Below, piece after piece: positions 19,993-29,667 of a DNA stretch of 64,000 bases (position 1 is the stretch's first letter; every line of letters begins with the position of its first letter). The notes beneath the pieces were generated by a model. The model was not told the origin of the DNA and ran no database searches. It worked only from the letters and a program-made list of their open reading frames with translations. The position numbers and the translations under genes were made by a program. Source of the stretch: Clostridia bacterium (GTDB lineage: Bacteria; Bacillota; Clostridia; UBA1212; DUPL01); NCBI GenBank assembly GCA_050951325.1, contig JBMNIW010000012.1, positions 256,001 through 320,000 of the forward strand, written 5' to 3'.

Positions 19993-22464
19993 ATGGAACT
20001 GTTTGTAAACAAGTTGAAGGAACCTATCAATATTGATGTGAATCCTGTCTTTGGCTGGACATTGGATGCAGAGGACTTTTATCAGAAAGCGTACCAGGTA
20101 AAAGTTTATTCCGGTGATGAAACGGTTTGGGACAGTGGTAAAACTTTGAGCGACAATTCCGTTTGTGTTGAGTACGAAGGCAATAAATTGAAAAGCAATT
20201 CTGAATACCGTGTGGAAGTGACAGTATGGGACACAAAAGGTAATGAGTATAAAGGGGAGACAAGGTTTGAAAGTGCTCTTCTATCCCAGTCCGACTGGCA
20301 CGGAAACTGGATTGGCATGGGAGACAAATATATTTCAAGCTGGGCATTCCAACTAAGAAAAGAAGTTGAATTGGAAGACAAGAAGATAAGAAGGGCTAAA
20401 GCTTTTGTTGTTGGTCTTGGATATTATGAACTTAGACTAAACGGCGAAAAAGTAGGAGACCATATGCTTGATACTGCCCAGACCGAATACGACGAAACGG
20501 TATTCTACGCTACCTATGACATAACCGATAAACTTAAGAAAAATAACTGCTTTGGTATAATTGTAGGGGATGGCTGGTACCACCAGTCCCAGCTTATGAA
20601 TGGTGCCGGCATTTATGGAAAACCATGCGCAATAATGCAAGTGAACATAGAATACGAAGATGGTACCACAAGTGAAGTTGTTACTGATTGGACTTGGAAA
20701 GTTGACTACTCCCCAATCTCAAGAAACAACGTTTATACGGGCGAAACGTATGATGCAAGGCTTGAGCAGGAAGGCTGGGACGAGCCTGGCTTTGATGATT
20801 CAAAATGGTTTGAAGTTGTTGAAGACACCAGACCGAAAGGCAAACTAATATCACAGTTGATGCCGCCAATTAGGGTGGTCAAGGAAATTAAGCCTGTATC
20901 TATAACTCATCCTCAAAGAGGTGTTACAGTCTTTGACTTGGGTGAGAACTTTGCAGGTCTTGTCAGGCTTAAAACAATAGGTTTTCCAGGCAACGAAATA
21001 GTTATGAGGTTTGCAGAAAGTCTTGATGAAACCGGAATGATTGATGTAACCAGCTCCGGTGTGTTTCATATAAGGGGTGTGCAGACAATAAGATACATAG
21101 TTGGCAAACAGGGAGAATTTACTTATACACCAAAGTTTACCTACCATGGCTTTAGGTATGTAGAACTTACCGGTGATTTTGCCAGCCAGACTGTTGAAAC
21201 AATAACCGGACTCAAGATGAACACGGATTTGAGGCAGACAGGCCACTTCGAGTGTGACATGCCTATTCTAAACACACTGCACCAACTTCTTTACAATGCT
21301 TTTACCTCAAATGCGTACGGAATTCCCACCGACTGCCCTGCAAGAGAGAAATGCGGCTGGACAGGAGATGCCAATGTTATTGCTGATACATCAATGATTA
21401 TATGGGATTCTTTCCACTTCTGGGACAAATACATGATGGATACAAGGGATTCCAAGAAGGTATACGGCATATGGCAGAATGTAATGCCCGGAAAGAGAGG
21501 ATGCCTTGATACGGTTCCTGCCTGGGGTTGTGCAATGATTAATATCCCATGGTATACATACCTTACTTATGGTGATAAGGGCATATTGGAAAGAAACATT
21601 GAGCAGATGATTGCATACCACAAGTACATACACGAAAACACCACAGACCTTATACACAACGACCATAAGTATCCTCTTGCCGACTGGGCGGCTCCTTATG
21701 GTTACAACTCAAAAGAGCATTTCAAGCAAACATCAACAGCCTTCTTCTATATGGCAACTGTAATTATTGCTGAAACCTTGAAGGTACTCGAGAAAAAAGA
21801 AGATGTTGTCGAGTATGAAAAACTGGCTGAAAGAATTAAGAAGAAGTTTATTGAAACCTTCTATGATTTTGAAAACCATACATACGGTACACAAACACTA
21901 AACAGTTTTTGCATAGAGCTGGGTTTGTATGACGAAGGTGAAGATGTGAAAATGTGCAAGTGGATTGTAGATGACATAAAGAAACATGACGGACATCTGA
22001 CCTGTGGACATTTGGGGCTTAGATACATCTTCAATGTATTAACCAAATACGGATACAATGAGGTTATAAAAGAGTTCTTTGAAAAGGACGATTATCCTTC
22101 CTTTGGGGAGCAGATTAAGCACGGTGCCACAACCTTGTACGAAAACTGGGGAGTCAGCAACAACCAGTCCTACAATCACCACTTCAAGGGTGCTTTCGGT
22201 TACTGGCTGTATAATGATGTGCTTGGTATTAAGAATACAGGTATTGCATACAAGACCTTTGATGTAAAGCCAATGACGATTGATATTATTAAAAAAGCAA
22301 AGGGTTCTATTGATACGGTTTACGGAAGGATTGAAGTTGACTACTCTGTAGGAGAATACTTCAAGGTAAAAATACCGGCCAATACCACAGCTACAGTTTA
22401 TGTACCAAACAAAGATCTGACATATGTAAAACATGTACTGTCAAGCGGAACTTACAGCTTCTAA
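19993..22464 (+). CDS. Alpha-L-rhamnosidase (GH78)
   Basis: FDLGENFAG, FTYHGFRY, PTDCPAREKCGWTGD, GATTLYENW, SYNH. Confidence 0.92.
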   Translation: MELFVNKLKEPINIDVNPVFGWTLDAEDFYQKAYQVKVYSGDETVWDSGKTLSDNSVCVEYEGNKLKSNSEYRVEVTVWDTKGNEYKGETRFESALLSQSDWHGNWIGMGDKYISSWAFQLRKEVELEDKKIRRAKAFVVGLGYYELRLNGEKVGDHMLDTAQTEYDETVFYATYDITDKLKKNNCFGIIVGDGWYHQSQLMNGAGIYGKPCAIMQVNIEYEDGTTSEVVTDWTWKVDYSPISRNNVYTGETYDARLEQEGWDEPGFDDSKWFEVVEDTRPKGKLISQLMPPIRVVKEIKPVSITHPQRGVTVFDLGENFAGLVRLKTIGFPGNEIVMRFAESLDETGMIDVTSSGVFHIRGVQTIRYIVGKQGEFTYTPKFTYHGFRYVELTGDFASQTVETITGLKMNTDLRQTGHFECDMPILNTLHQLLYNAFTSNAYGIPTDCPAREKCGWTGDANVIADTSMIIWDSFHFWDKYMMDTRDSKKVYGIWQNVMPGKRGCLDTVPAWGCAMINIPWYTYLTYGDKGILERNIEQMIAYHKYIHENTTDLIHNDHKYPLADWAAPYGYNSKEHFKQTSTAFFYMATVIIAETLKVLEKKEDVVEYEKLAERIKKKFIETFYDFENHTYGTQTLNSFCIELGLYDEGEDVKMCKWIVDDIKKHDGHLTCGHLGLRYIFNVLTKYGYNEVIKEFFEKDDYPSFGEQIKHGATTLYENWGVSNNQSYNHHFKGAFGYWLYNDVLGIKNTGIAYKTFDVKPMTIDIIKKAKGSIDTVYGRIEVDYSVGEYFKVKIPANTTATVYVPNKDLTYVKHVLSSGTYSF

Positions 22465-22467
22465 GAA

Positions 22468-22502
22468 AAAGCCCCACAAGGCAAACTCCTTGTGGGTTTT
22501 TT
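22468..22502. terminator. Bidirectional terminator
   Basis: CCCACAAGG-CAAACT-CCTTGTGGG followed by a T-run. Confidence 0.7.
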
Positions 22503-23416
22503 CATTTCATTAATGCAAGATAGACGGCACCCGAAACAGCATCACATTCATTCTTCACTATCTTGCACTGTTTAAAATTCTCCTGCATCCTCTTTATTAA
22601 TTCATTCCTTACTATCATGGATTTTTTTAAAACCGACCCGCTTGCGACCACGCCAAATTCATAATCGTCATTAAAATTAAGATTTTTAGCGGCATCATAA
22701 CACATATCATACAGCTTGCCTGCAGCATCATAAAGTATGCGTAATGCAATTTTGTCGCCTTTTTCAGCACAGTCGTTTACCACTTCAGCCAATGAGGCCA
22801 ATACAGTCTTGTTGGTATTTTCATCATACACAAACGTAAGCAAATCATTATAATCCTTTGAGCTGGTAGCCTTTAAAAACTCCGAATATATTAGTGCGCT
22901 GCCATTCCTATTGTCAACATAACCGTAAATATATCTTAATGCATTAATAGCAATATCGAACGCTGAGCCTTCATCGGAGAATATATGTCCCCAGCCACCG
23001 CATGTTACAATTTTGCCTTCACTGTTTTTTCCAATGCAAATAGAGCCAGTTCCTGAAATTATAGATATACCCGGCATATCCCCCAAATACCCATAGAGAG
23101 ATATATGTGCATCAGTGAGGGCTATTACATCGTTGCAGTTGCATATATTCTGAAGAGAAGAAACATAAAATTTACTTGCATCCTCTCCCACCAACCCAGC
23201 TGTTCCTATGCACACACGAACAATGTCAGGTTTAAAATCAACTTTGCTTACTATTTTATTGTATAAATCCTTAAGATTATTGAAGACGCTTTCCCTGCCA
23301 ATAATATATATATTAAGGCAATCCCCATGAGAATCAGCTATCGTATTGCCATGCATGTCTGAAAGTCTCATGACGGACTTTGTGCCTCCACCCTCAATCC
23401 CAATAACACATTTCAT
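22502..23416 (-). CDS. BadF/BadG/BcrA/BcrD-family amino-sugar kinase (GlcNAc/MurNAc kinase, MurK-like)
   Basis: GIEGGGTKS, ISGTGS, GGWGH..SDEGS; coupled to murQ. Confidence 0.85.
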   Translation of the reverse strand: MKCVIGIEGGGTKSVMRLSDMHGNTIADSHGDCLNIYIIGRESVFNNLKDLYNKIVSKVDFKPDIVRVCIGTAGLVGEDASKFYVSSLQNICNCNDVIALTDAHISLYGYLGDMPGISIISGTGSICIGKNSEGKIVTCGGWGHIFSDEGSAFDIAINALRYIYGYVDNRNGSALIYSEFLKATSSKDYNDLLTFVYDENTNKTVLASLAEVVNDCAEKGDKIALRILYDAAGKLYDMCYDAAKNLNFNDDYEFGVVASGSVLKKSMIVRNELIKRMQENFKQCKIVKNECDAVSGAVYLALMK

Positions 23417-24234
23417 TTAACATCCCCATTTTCAATTAGTTTTACTGCTTCTCTTATGTTGTATTCACAAGCAGATAGCGCTTTTCTTGCTGTATCCTTA
23501 TTTGTACCAGTCAGATTGCAAACAATATTTTCAGCCCGACCATAAAGCTTTTCGTTGTTTGCATCCAGATCAATCATTATATTCCCACAAGTCCTTCCCA
23601 GTTTTACCATGACCCCTGTAGATATCATGTTAAGAATCATCTTCTGAGCAGTCCCTGCTTTCATTCTTGTAGAACCTTGGATAACTTCAGGACCTGTTAT
23701 TGCAGCAATTGTAATATCAGCAATCCTTGACAGCTCAGTATCCGGATTGTTGCATATTCCTATGGTCAATGCGCCCATGCTTTTTGCATGATTTATCGCT
23801 CCAATTACATAAGGAGTTCTTCCGCTTGCAGTAATTCCAACTACTACGTCTTTTTTGTTTACACCCTCTTTTTGCAAGTCCTTCATCCCTGCTTCATGGC
23901 TGTCTTCATCGCCGTTGGCCGCATTGGTAATACCCTCGATACCACCTGCCAGTATTGCCTTCACCATTTCTTCAGAAACACCATAGGTAGGGGGGCATTC
24001 ACTTGCGTCCAACACTCCTATTCTGCCACTGGTGCCCGTACCAACGTAAAACATGCGTCCGCCATTTTGCAGGCTGAGCGCTGCCTTGTCAATTGCCAAA
24101 GCTATGTTCTGGAGTTCTTTTTCAACCGCAAAGGCAACGCTCTTGTCTTCGTCATTTATCATACGGACCATTTCAATGGTTTCACATTTATCAATATCAT
24201 TGGTCCTTTTATTTATGCTCTCAGTTATTCGCAT
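23413..24234 (-). CDS. murQ: N-acetylmuramic acid 6-phosphate etherase
   Basis: GTSGRIGVLDASECPPTYG, ASGRTPYV, GPEVIQGSTRMKAGTAQKMILN. Confidence 0.95.
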   Translation of the reverse strand: MRITESINKRTNDIDKCETIEMVRMINDEDKSVAFAVEKELQNIALAIDKAALSLQNGGRMFYVGTGTSGRIGVLDASECPPTYGVSEEMVKAILAGGIEGITNAANGDEDSHEAGMKDLQKEGVNKKDVVVGITASGRTPYVIGAINHAKSMGALTIGICNNPDTELSRIADITIAAITGPEVIQGSTRMKAGTAQKMILNMISTGVMVKLGRTCGNIMIDLDANNEKLYGRAENIVCNLTGTNKDTARKALSACEYNIREAVKLIENGDVK

Positions 24235-25726
24235 TTACCAATATCCTTTCCAATAGAGCATCAAGCTTCTCATATGACTCATAAAAGTCTTTTGAATCCA
24301 TGTCGCTGTCCTCATCCCACGTCTTTACTGCCAGGGCAGGAATACGGGCTCGAATAAATTCAAACTCTTCCTTCGCCGCCTTGTCTCCACTATCGTAGCC
24401 GGCAAGAACATCTCCCCAGGCGCAAACCATTCCACCAATTACATTGTCCACTTTGCCCACGTCAATTCCATCAGGATAGGCCATTGACTTTTCCCACCAG
24501 TGTTGCCACTTGTACTTGCTCCAGGCAAGTATCTCTTCAGGCAGCCATGATGTGCTCGGTGCAACTATGTACAATGGCTTCCAGGACGCATTGACAACGG
24601 TGAAACCTGCTTCCACCAGGTCTTTGGGATTTTGGTAATACGACTCCCATGCAATAACTATTACATCCTTTGAAATTTTGTCATTACCTTTCTTGGAAAA
24701 ACCCTCCCAAACAACTGGTGTTCTCCCATGTTTGAATATGATATCTGTAACGCGAGCCACAAAATCAGTATACAGGTCATCAATGAATTTCAAGCCCCTG
24801 TCATTCATGTACTGCCTGCAACCCGGACAGTTTCTCCAGTTTGTTATAGCGGCCTCATCCCCACCCATGTGTATGTATGGAGAGTATGGAAACATCTCAC
24901 ATACTTCACCAAAAAGCTTCTCCAGAGCCTGAAATGTCTTTTCTTCGGCGCATATAATGCCATTGTTTCCAAAAATCTCCGGGTACTTCATGTTGAACTG
25001 TGCACAATGACCCGGAACCTCCACCTCCGGCACTAGTACTACACCTCGGTCGTTTGCATACTCTACCAAATCCCTTATCTGCTCTTTTGTATAATGTCTG
25101 TTTTCAGTTGGGAGGAACGGGTATGTGTCGCTTGGCAACGTATAGCTTTGATCATCGGTAAAGTGGAATTGCAGTCTGTTTATTTTATACAAATAACAAA
25201 GGTCCACATATTTATACAAATACTCATAAGGATGCCACTGTCTTGCAAGGTCTACCAGAAGTGCCCGATAGGAGCTGTCTGGCTTGTCATAAACAGTTAT
25301 ATCTGGAAACAATATTTTGTCATCCTTTGTCTGAATTAGCTGAAGGACAGTGGATAATGCATAATTCAGTCCCTCCTTCGAGGATGCATATATATTCACC
25401 GTGTTGTTGCACTCAATACGGTATGCGTCCTCATCCAACTCTTTTTCTCTAAGAATGCGTATTCCCTTATTACCGTTCTTCAGCTTCAAGCCACAACTTC
25501 TTTCCACATACTGATAGAAAGCATTTATCGAGCTTTCCCATTCCTCAACATTGCAAGATATTTCAGCCTCATAGCTGTATCCGGTACGATCCTTATTATT
25601 GTACTTAAACTCCCTTGGCACGGGCAGTAAATTCGCTTTTTCCATAATATGTTCTTCCCTTCTCCCATCACAGGATACCAATGTTATTAACAACATCACA
25701 CATAAAACTACTAATATCCTTCTCAT
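24221..25726 (-). CDS. Beta-N-acetylhexosaminidase (GH20), lipoprotein
   Basis: Lipobox LVSC; YRALLVDLAR, HFTDDQ, PEVEVPGH, HMGGDE. Confidence 0.92.
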   Translation of the reverse strand: MRRILVVLCVMLLITLVSCDGRREEHIMEKANLLPVPREFKYNNKDRTGYSYEAEISCNVEEWESSINAFYQYVERSCGLKLKNGNKGIRILREKELDEDAYRIECNNTVNIYASSKEGLNYALSTVLQLIQTKDDKILFPDITVYDKPDSSYRALLVDLARQWHPYEYLYKYVDLCYLYKINRLQFHFTDDQSYTLPSDTYPFLPTENRHYTKEQIRDLVEYANDRGVVLVPEVEVPGHCAQFNMKYPEIFGNNGIICAEEKTFQALEKLFGEVCEMFPYSPYIHMGGDEAAITNWRNCPGCRQYMNDRGLKFIDDLYTDFVARVTDIIFKHGRTPVVWEGFSKKGNDKISKDVIVIAWESYYQNPKDLVEAGFTVVNASWKPLYIVAPSTSWLPEEILAWSKYKWQHWWEKSMAYPDGIDVGKVDNVIGGMVCAWGDVLAGYDSGDKAAKEEFEFIRARIPALAVKTWDEDSDMDSKDFYESYEKLDALLERILVNANN

Positions 25727-26943
25727 ATTCCCTTGTCCTTTGCTTTCTTTTTAATGGAAATTACAACAATTATTGCAGCAACCACCAAAGCAGCAGCAAC
25801 TATTATAATATAAATTTTGGTGTTGTCTTGCTCGTCTTCATTTTTCGAAGAACCGGTCTTTTCAGGAGTGTCAGTAGGAACTGCTGTAGGAGTTGGTTCA
25901 GGGGTAGGTGCGGGCGTTGGAGTTGCAAATATCTCATCCACATTGGTACTTCTGCCCAATGCCGCATTGCCCCATACGCAGCAATCTATACCAATACCAT
26001 CACCAGCTGGAGATGTATACAACTTTAGCCTTTTTGCCCCAGTTATATCCACCACCAAAAGTTCCGGATCATCTCCCATCTTTAAAATACCGCTCCGAGC
26101 TTTTTCTTCTCCATCAACCTCCACTATGAATTGGGCATTTGATTCTATCAGATTTGGCACGGTTTTGTCATCAAGACCTACATAGGAAGCAAATGTTGTA
26201 AAGCCCAGCCCTTCTATGTCTATTTCAACAAAAACCGCCCCTTCATAATGCCCGCTTGTCATGCCCAAACCTTTGTCATAAACAGTTCCAGCTACCTGTA
26301 ATGGCTCAAAAAGATAATTTCTGTCCGTATGCACGCTGAAAGTGCTCTCCTGATTATGGCATGAAGAGTTTACCCATTTCAGATCGCTAAGAAATACATT
26401 ATTCAAGTTCTTAACGTCCTCATCCTGCTTGCCATCCTCAGGTTTTGGCACATCCTCTTCATTGTATATGACCTCGAAATAGTCAATATTTACACTTCCA
26501 GTAGCAATCATGGTAACTTTGGAACCCTCTGGTATGTAAAAGCCTACAGCAGATGCTTCAAGTTCATCTCCACCATATGGATACCAATCACCGGAAGGCG
26601 GAAAATATATTGAACCAACTGCTATGTTTCGACCGTTCTCTTCCACATAAACTACAACATCCCCCATACCAGGTGTCGCATAAATCATTTTTATCTCGGT
26701 ACATTTTGGTGCGTTTTCATAAACCAGATAGTATTGGATATTGTTTTCATTATCTAATGTATGGTCAACTCCAATAAATCTTCCACCACTTGCACCTGCA
26801 TCATCTACTGTGACATATTGGCCGGTTGCATTTTCTGCTTCAAGTTTGACAATTTCTGCTTTATCTTCCGCAAAACCAATGATTAGCGACAAACATAATA
26901 ACACGCATACGATTAGTACAGTAAAAATCAGCTTTATTCGCAT
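25723..26943 (-). CDS. Membrane-anchored non-catalytic carbohydrate-binding protein (CBM35/6-like plus NPCBM/CBM51)
   Basis: LEAENA...ASGG, NIDYF; FLSDLKW...YDKGLG...VGLDD...VDITGAKRLKL...WGNA; PT linker; TM tail. Confidence 0.8.
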   Translation of the reverse strand: MRIKLIFTVLIVCVLLCLSLIIGFAEDKAEIVKLEAENATGQYVTVDDAGASGGRFIGVDHTLDNENNIQYYLVYENAPKCTEIKMIYATPGMGDVVVYVEENGRNIAVGSIYFPPSGDWYPYGGDELEASAVGFYIPEGSKVTMIATGSVNIDYFEVIYNEEDVPKPEDGKQDEDVKNLNNVFLSDLKWVNSSCHNQESTFSVHTDRNYLFEPLQVAGTVYDKGLGMTSGHYEGAVFVEIDIEGLGFTTFASYVGLDDKTVPNLIESNAQFIVEVDGEEKARSGILKMGDDPELLVVDITGAKRLKLYTSPAGDGIGIDCCVWGNAALGRSTNVDEIFATPTPAPTPEPTPTAVPTDTPEKTGSSKNEDEQDNTKIYIIIVAAALVVAAIIVVISIKKKAKDKGI

Positions 26944-26948
26944 TCAAT

Positions 26949-27539
26949 TCACCTCGCTATACAAGCCAAAGGATGCTTTTTTCTAAAAACAACCAGGCAT
27001 GAAACAACCATGACAGAAGCAGCAATCATTTCTAATGTGTCACTGGTTTTGGGATTGGTACTTTCAGCAACAACAAATTCAAAATAGTCAATGTTTACAC
27101 TCATGGTGGCTTTCATAACAATTGTTGACCCTTCCTCAATAGTTAAGTCTTCTGCCACTGAAACAAGCATGCTTTCGCCAAAAGGATCCCATCCACCTGT
27201 GGATTCAAACGCAAGAGCTCCAACCTCTTTCTCCTGTTCGCCTTCCAAAATGTAAATTTTCACTTCACCACCAACAACTGAACCTGTCCCATAAACCATT
27301 TTTATAGCTGTTGTGGCAGGCATGTCTTTGAAGATTAAATAATAGTTGTTTTCATTGTTTTCGTCCAAGGTATGGTCGATTCCAATGTATTTGCCCGCAC
27401 TAGCTTCCTGTGCCTCAACAACAACGTATTTGCCTTCTGTATCTTCCGCTTCCATTTTTAAAGTAGTCTGTTCTGCAAATGAAAGCAGAAAACTAGTTAC
27501 TATGAAGAAAGCAACAAAAACGAATACTCTTTTTCTCAT
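26949..27539 (-). CDS. Sortase-anchored CBM35/6-like protein
   Basis: MEAED...ASAG, STGGW, VNIDYFEF; NPKTS motif with TM and RKK. Confidence 0.75.
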   Translation of the reverse strand: MRKRVFVFVAFFIVTSFLLSFAEQTTLKMEAEDTEGKYVVVEAQEASAGKYIGIDHTLDENNENNYYLIFKDMPATTAIKMVYGTGSVVGGEVKIYILEGEQEKEVGALAFESTGGWDPFGESMLVSVAEDLTIEEGSTIVMKATMSVNIDYFEFVVAESTNPKTSDTLEMIAASVMVVSCLVVFRKKHPLACIAR

Positions 27540-27640
27540 ATGAATTCCTCCTGCTTTTTTTAGAATCATATTGAATCCAAGTATTCAATATCAATAGTTT
27601 TGATTTAACAAATCGATTTACAGAAACTTAATGTCGATTT

Positions 27641-28486
27641 TCAGTTATCAAAAGGTGTTTTTGTTCGGTATTCACCAGGCGCAGCGCCTTTAAAAGATTT
27701 GAACTGTGATATAAAGCTGCTTTCAGACTTGTAGCCTATCTCCATGCTTATCTGTTTAACTGACATATTGGTGAAAGATAGTAAGTCGCATGCTTTAAGA
27801 AGCCTGTAGTTCTTTAAATAGTTGTATGGTGTAAAACCTGTCTCCTTTTTGAAAACCCTTATTAAATGATCTGGAGAAACATGCACCACCCTGGCCATGT
27901 CTTTTATTGTTATGTCTTTTTTGTAGTTGTCTCTAATGAATTTTATTACCCGGTCCACCGTTCCCTGCTCTTTGCTTGCTGATGTATTAAGATTGGTATT
28001 TTCCAAAAGATCGTATATTAACTGTGATATTGCCCTTGATGAATCCAGGTCGTTTGAATAACCCGTCAGCAATTGCTCTATTCTAGCAGTTATTGTTTCA
28101 GTATTATTTATGGTGAACACATAACCTTTATTTTCAATCATGTAATTGATTAACCCAAGATTGTTTGCACCAACTATATGTATCCAGTAAAACTCCCACA
28201 TTTTATTACCTGGGGTAAAATATTCGCATGGCTGGCCGGCAGGAACAATACACGCCATGTGGTGTTTTAAAACATACCTGTTTTTATTAAATATCAAGAC
28301 ACCTTCCCCACCCACGGTAAACATCATCAGTATGCCCGAATTTCCTTGTGGCTTGTTGATGCGATAAAGACTGTTGCAGTTGTGCCATCCCACTGAAAGA
28401 TAGTAATCAAGAACTCCTTTGTTTGCATGGGGAATCATGTTTCTAATTATTCTGACTTGTCCAAAATCTCCAGATACATCGTACAT
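27641..28486 (-). CDS. AraC-family transcriptional regulator
   Basis: Cupin (WEFYWIHI) plus AraC HTH (FKKETGFTPYNY, GYKSESSF). Confidence 0.9.
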   Translation of the reverse strand: MYDVSGDFGQVRIIRNMIPHANKGVLDYYLSVGWHNCNSLYRINKPQGNSGILMMFTVGGEGVLIFNKNRYVLKHHMACIVPAGQPCEYFTPGNKMWEFYWIHIVGANNLGLINYMIENKGYVFTINNTETITARIEQLLTGYSNDLDSSRAISQLIYDLLENTNLNTSASKEQGTVDRVIKFIRDNYKKDITIKDMARVVHVSPDHLIRVFKKETGFTPYNYLKNYRLLKACDLLSFTNMSVKQISMEIGYKSESSFISQFKSFKGAAPGEYRTKTPFDN

Positions 28487-28602
28487 AATACACACCCTTG
28501 TTGCTTGTTTTACTCGGACCATTTTGTTTCACGTACATTATATCACACACTTGTTGACAAGTCAGGGAATCGAACAGGTGGAATTGCTTAAACGATAGTA
28601 AT

Positions 28603-29307
28603 TTATGTTCCGAATATAGCAACCTGCTGTCTGGTTAGTTTGAATTCGCCGTTCCTCCATGAAAGAGTATTGTTTATATATCCAAGCCTGTCGGCATGAT
28701 ACCTTCCTGATATCCCTTGAAAACCAAACAGCTCATACTTTCCATCCGATTCAAAATCAATAGGAAACAAACCGCTCAATGGATCTACAAAGCCTTCTAT
28801 GGGTTCTTTTAATCTACCCGCCTCATCATAGATCTCGCTCAAATAGTCAATTCCTCTGTTTGATATGTCAATTAAGTACCTCTCGTTATTATACAGACTG
28901 GTTACCTCAACTTTATAATAATCCAGGTATATGACAGTATACTTGTATTTCTCGTCATATTCCTCAAAGTCAAACATGAGTCTGGGCATGAAGTTCATGA
29001 AGGAATATACGTAATAGAATATGATGCCTCCGGAACCGCCTGATGCGATACTTATAAGGATATCAGGCACTCCATTTCCCATAAAATCAAATAATGTTAT
29101 AGTCGGACCAAATCCTGAATCAACCCTAAGAGGTACATTTCTAATGGCTCCTGTCATTCCATCCTGCACAGACAAGGTTATGTTCCTTAGATATATGCTG
29201 TCCTGCGTAAATACTCCAACCAAAGATATAGTATCCAAAATACCGTCTCCCGTAACATCTCCTTTTACGGTTGTAATTATCCCAGTATTTGTTGAAAAGC
29301 CGTTCAC
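28603..29307 (-). CDS. FG-GAP/VCBS-like repeat protein, probable spore coat protein
   Basis: GDVTGDGILD, DFMGNGVPDI and DFESDGKYEL repeats; sigma-K-like promoter upstream. Confidence 0.7.
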   Translation of the reverse strand: MNGFSTNTGIITTVKGDVTGDGILDTISLVGVFTQDSIYLRNITLSVQDGMTGAIRNVPLRVDSGFGPTITLFDFMGNGVPDILISIASGGSGGIIFYYVYSFMNFMPRLMFDFEEYDEKYKYTVIYLDYYKVEVTSLYNNERYLIDISNRGIDYLSEIYDEAGRLKEPIEGFVDPLSGLFPIDFESDGKYELFGFQGISGRYHADRLGYINNTLSWRNGEFKLTRQQVAIFGT

Positions 29308-29338
29308 TATGCTTCCTCCAAAAGACAACTATCATATC

Positions 29339-29370
29339 TATTATATGTTTCCGCCTCTTTTTTTGTTCAT
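29339..29370 (-). promoter_or_regulatory. Putative sigma-K (mother-cell) promoter
   Basis: Minus strand reads GAAC-~16 nt-CATATAATA, matching the AC / CATAnnnTA consensus. Confidence 0.45.
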
Positions 29371-29373
29371 ATG

Positions 29374-29460
29374 AAAAAAGGTAACTGCTTTTTACGCTGC
29401 ACCACTCTCATAAGGGGAAGAGTGTTAAATTTATGATGCAGCATAACCGACAGTTACCAT
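29374..29460 (-). ncRNA. Candidate structured small RNA of unknown family
   Basis: Three nested stems: GGTAACTG/CAGTTACC, TTATGCTGCA/TGCAGCGTAA, CACTCT/AGAGTG. G-U wobbles and a 3' U-run favour the minus strand. Confidence 0.45.
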
Positions 29461-29667
29461 TTTGGCAAAATTTAAGTGCATAAATAGCTTATGATAAACA
29501 ATACCCTAAATCAACATATAAAATTGTCTAAAATTAAATATTAGTTGTCTGTTATGAAAAAATTCCATACATTGAACAAAATTGTGCGTTGCAAAGTATC
29601 TGCAAGTCATGCTATACTCATAAATAGAACAATTATCCAATGTATTTCAATATTTTTCGAGGTGACT

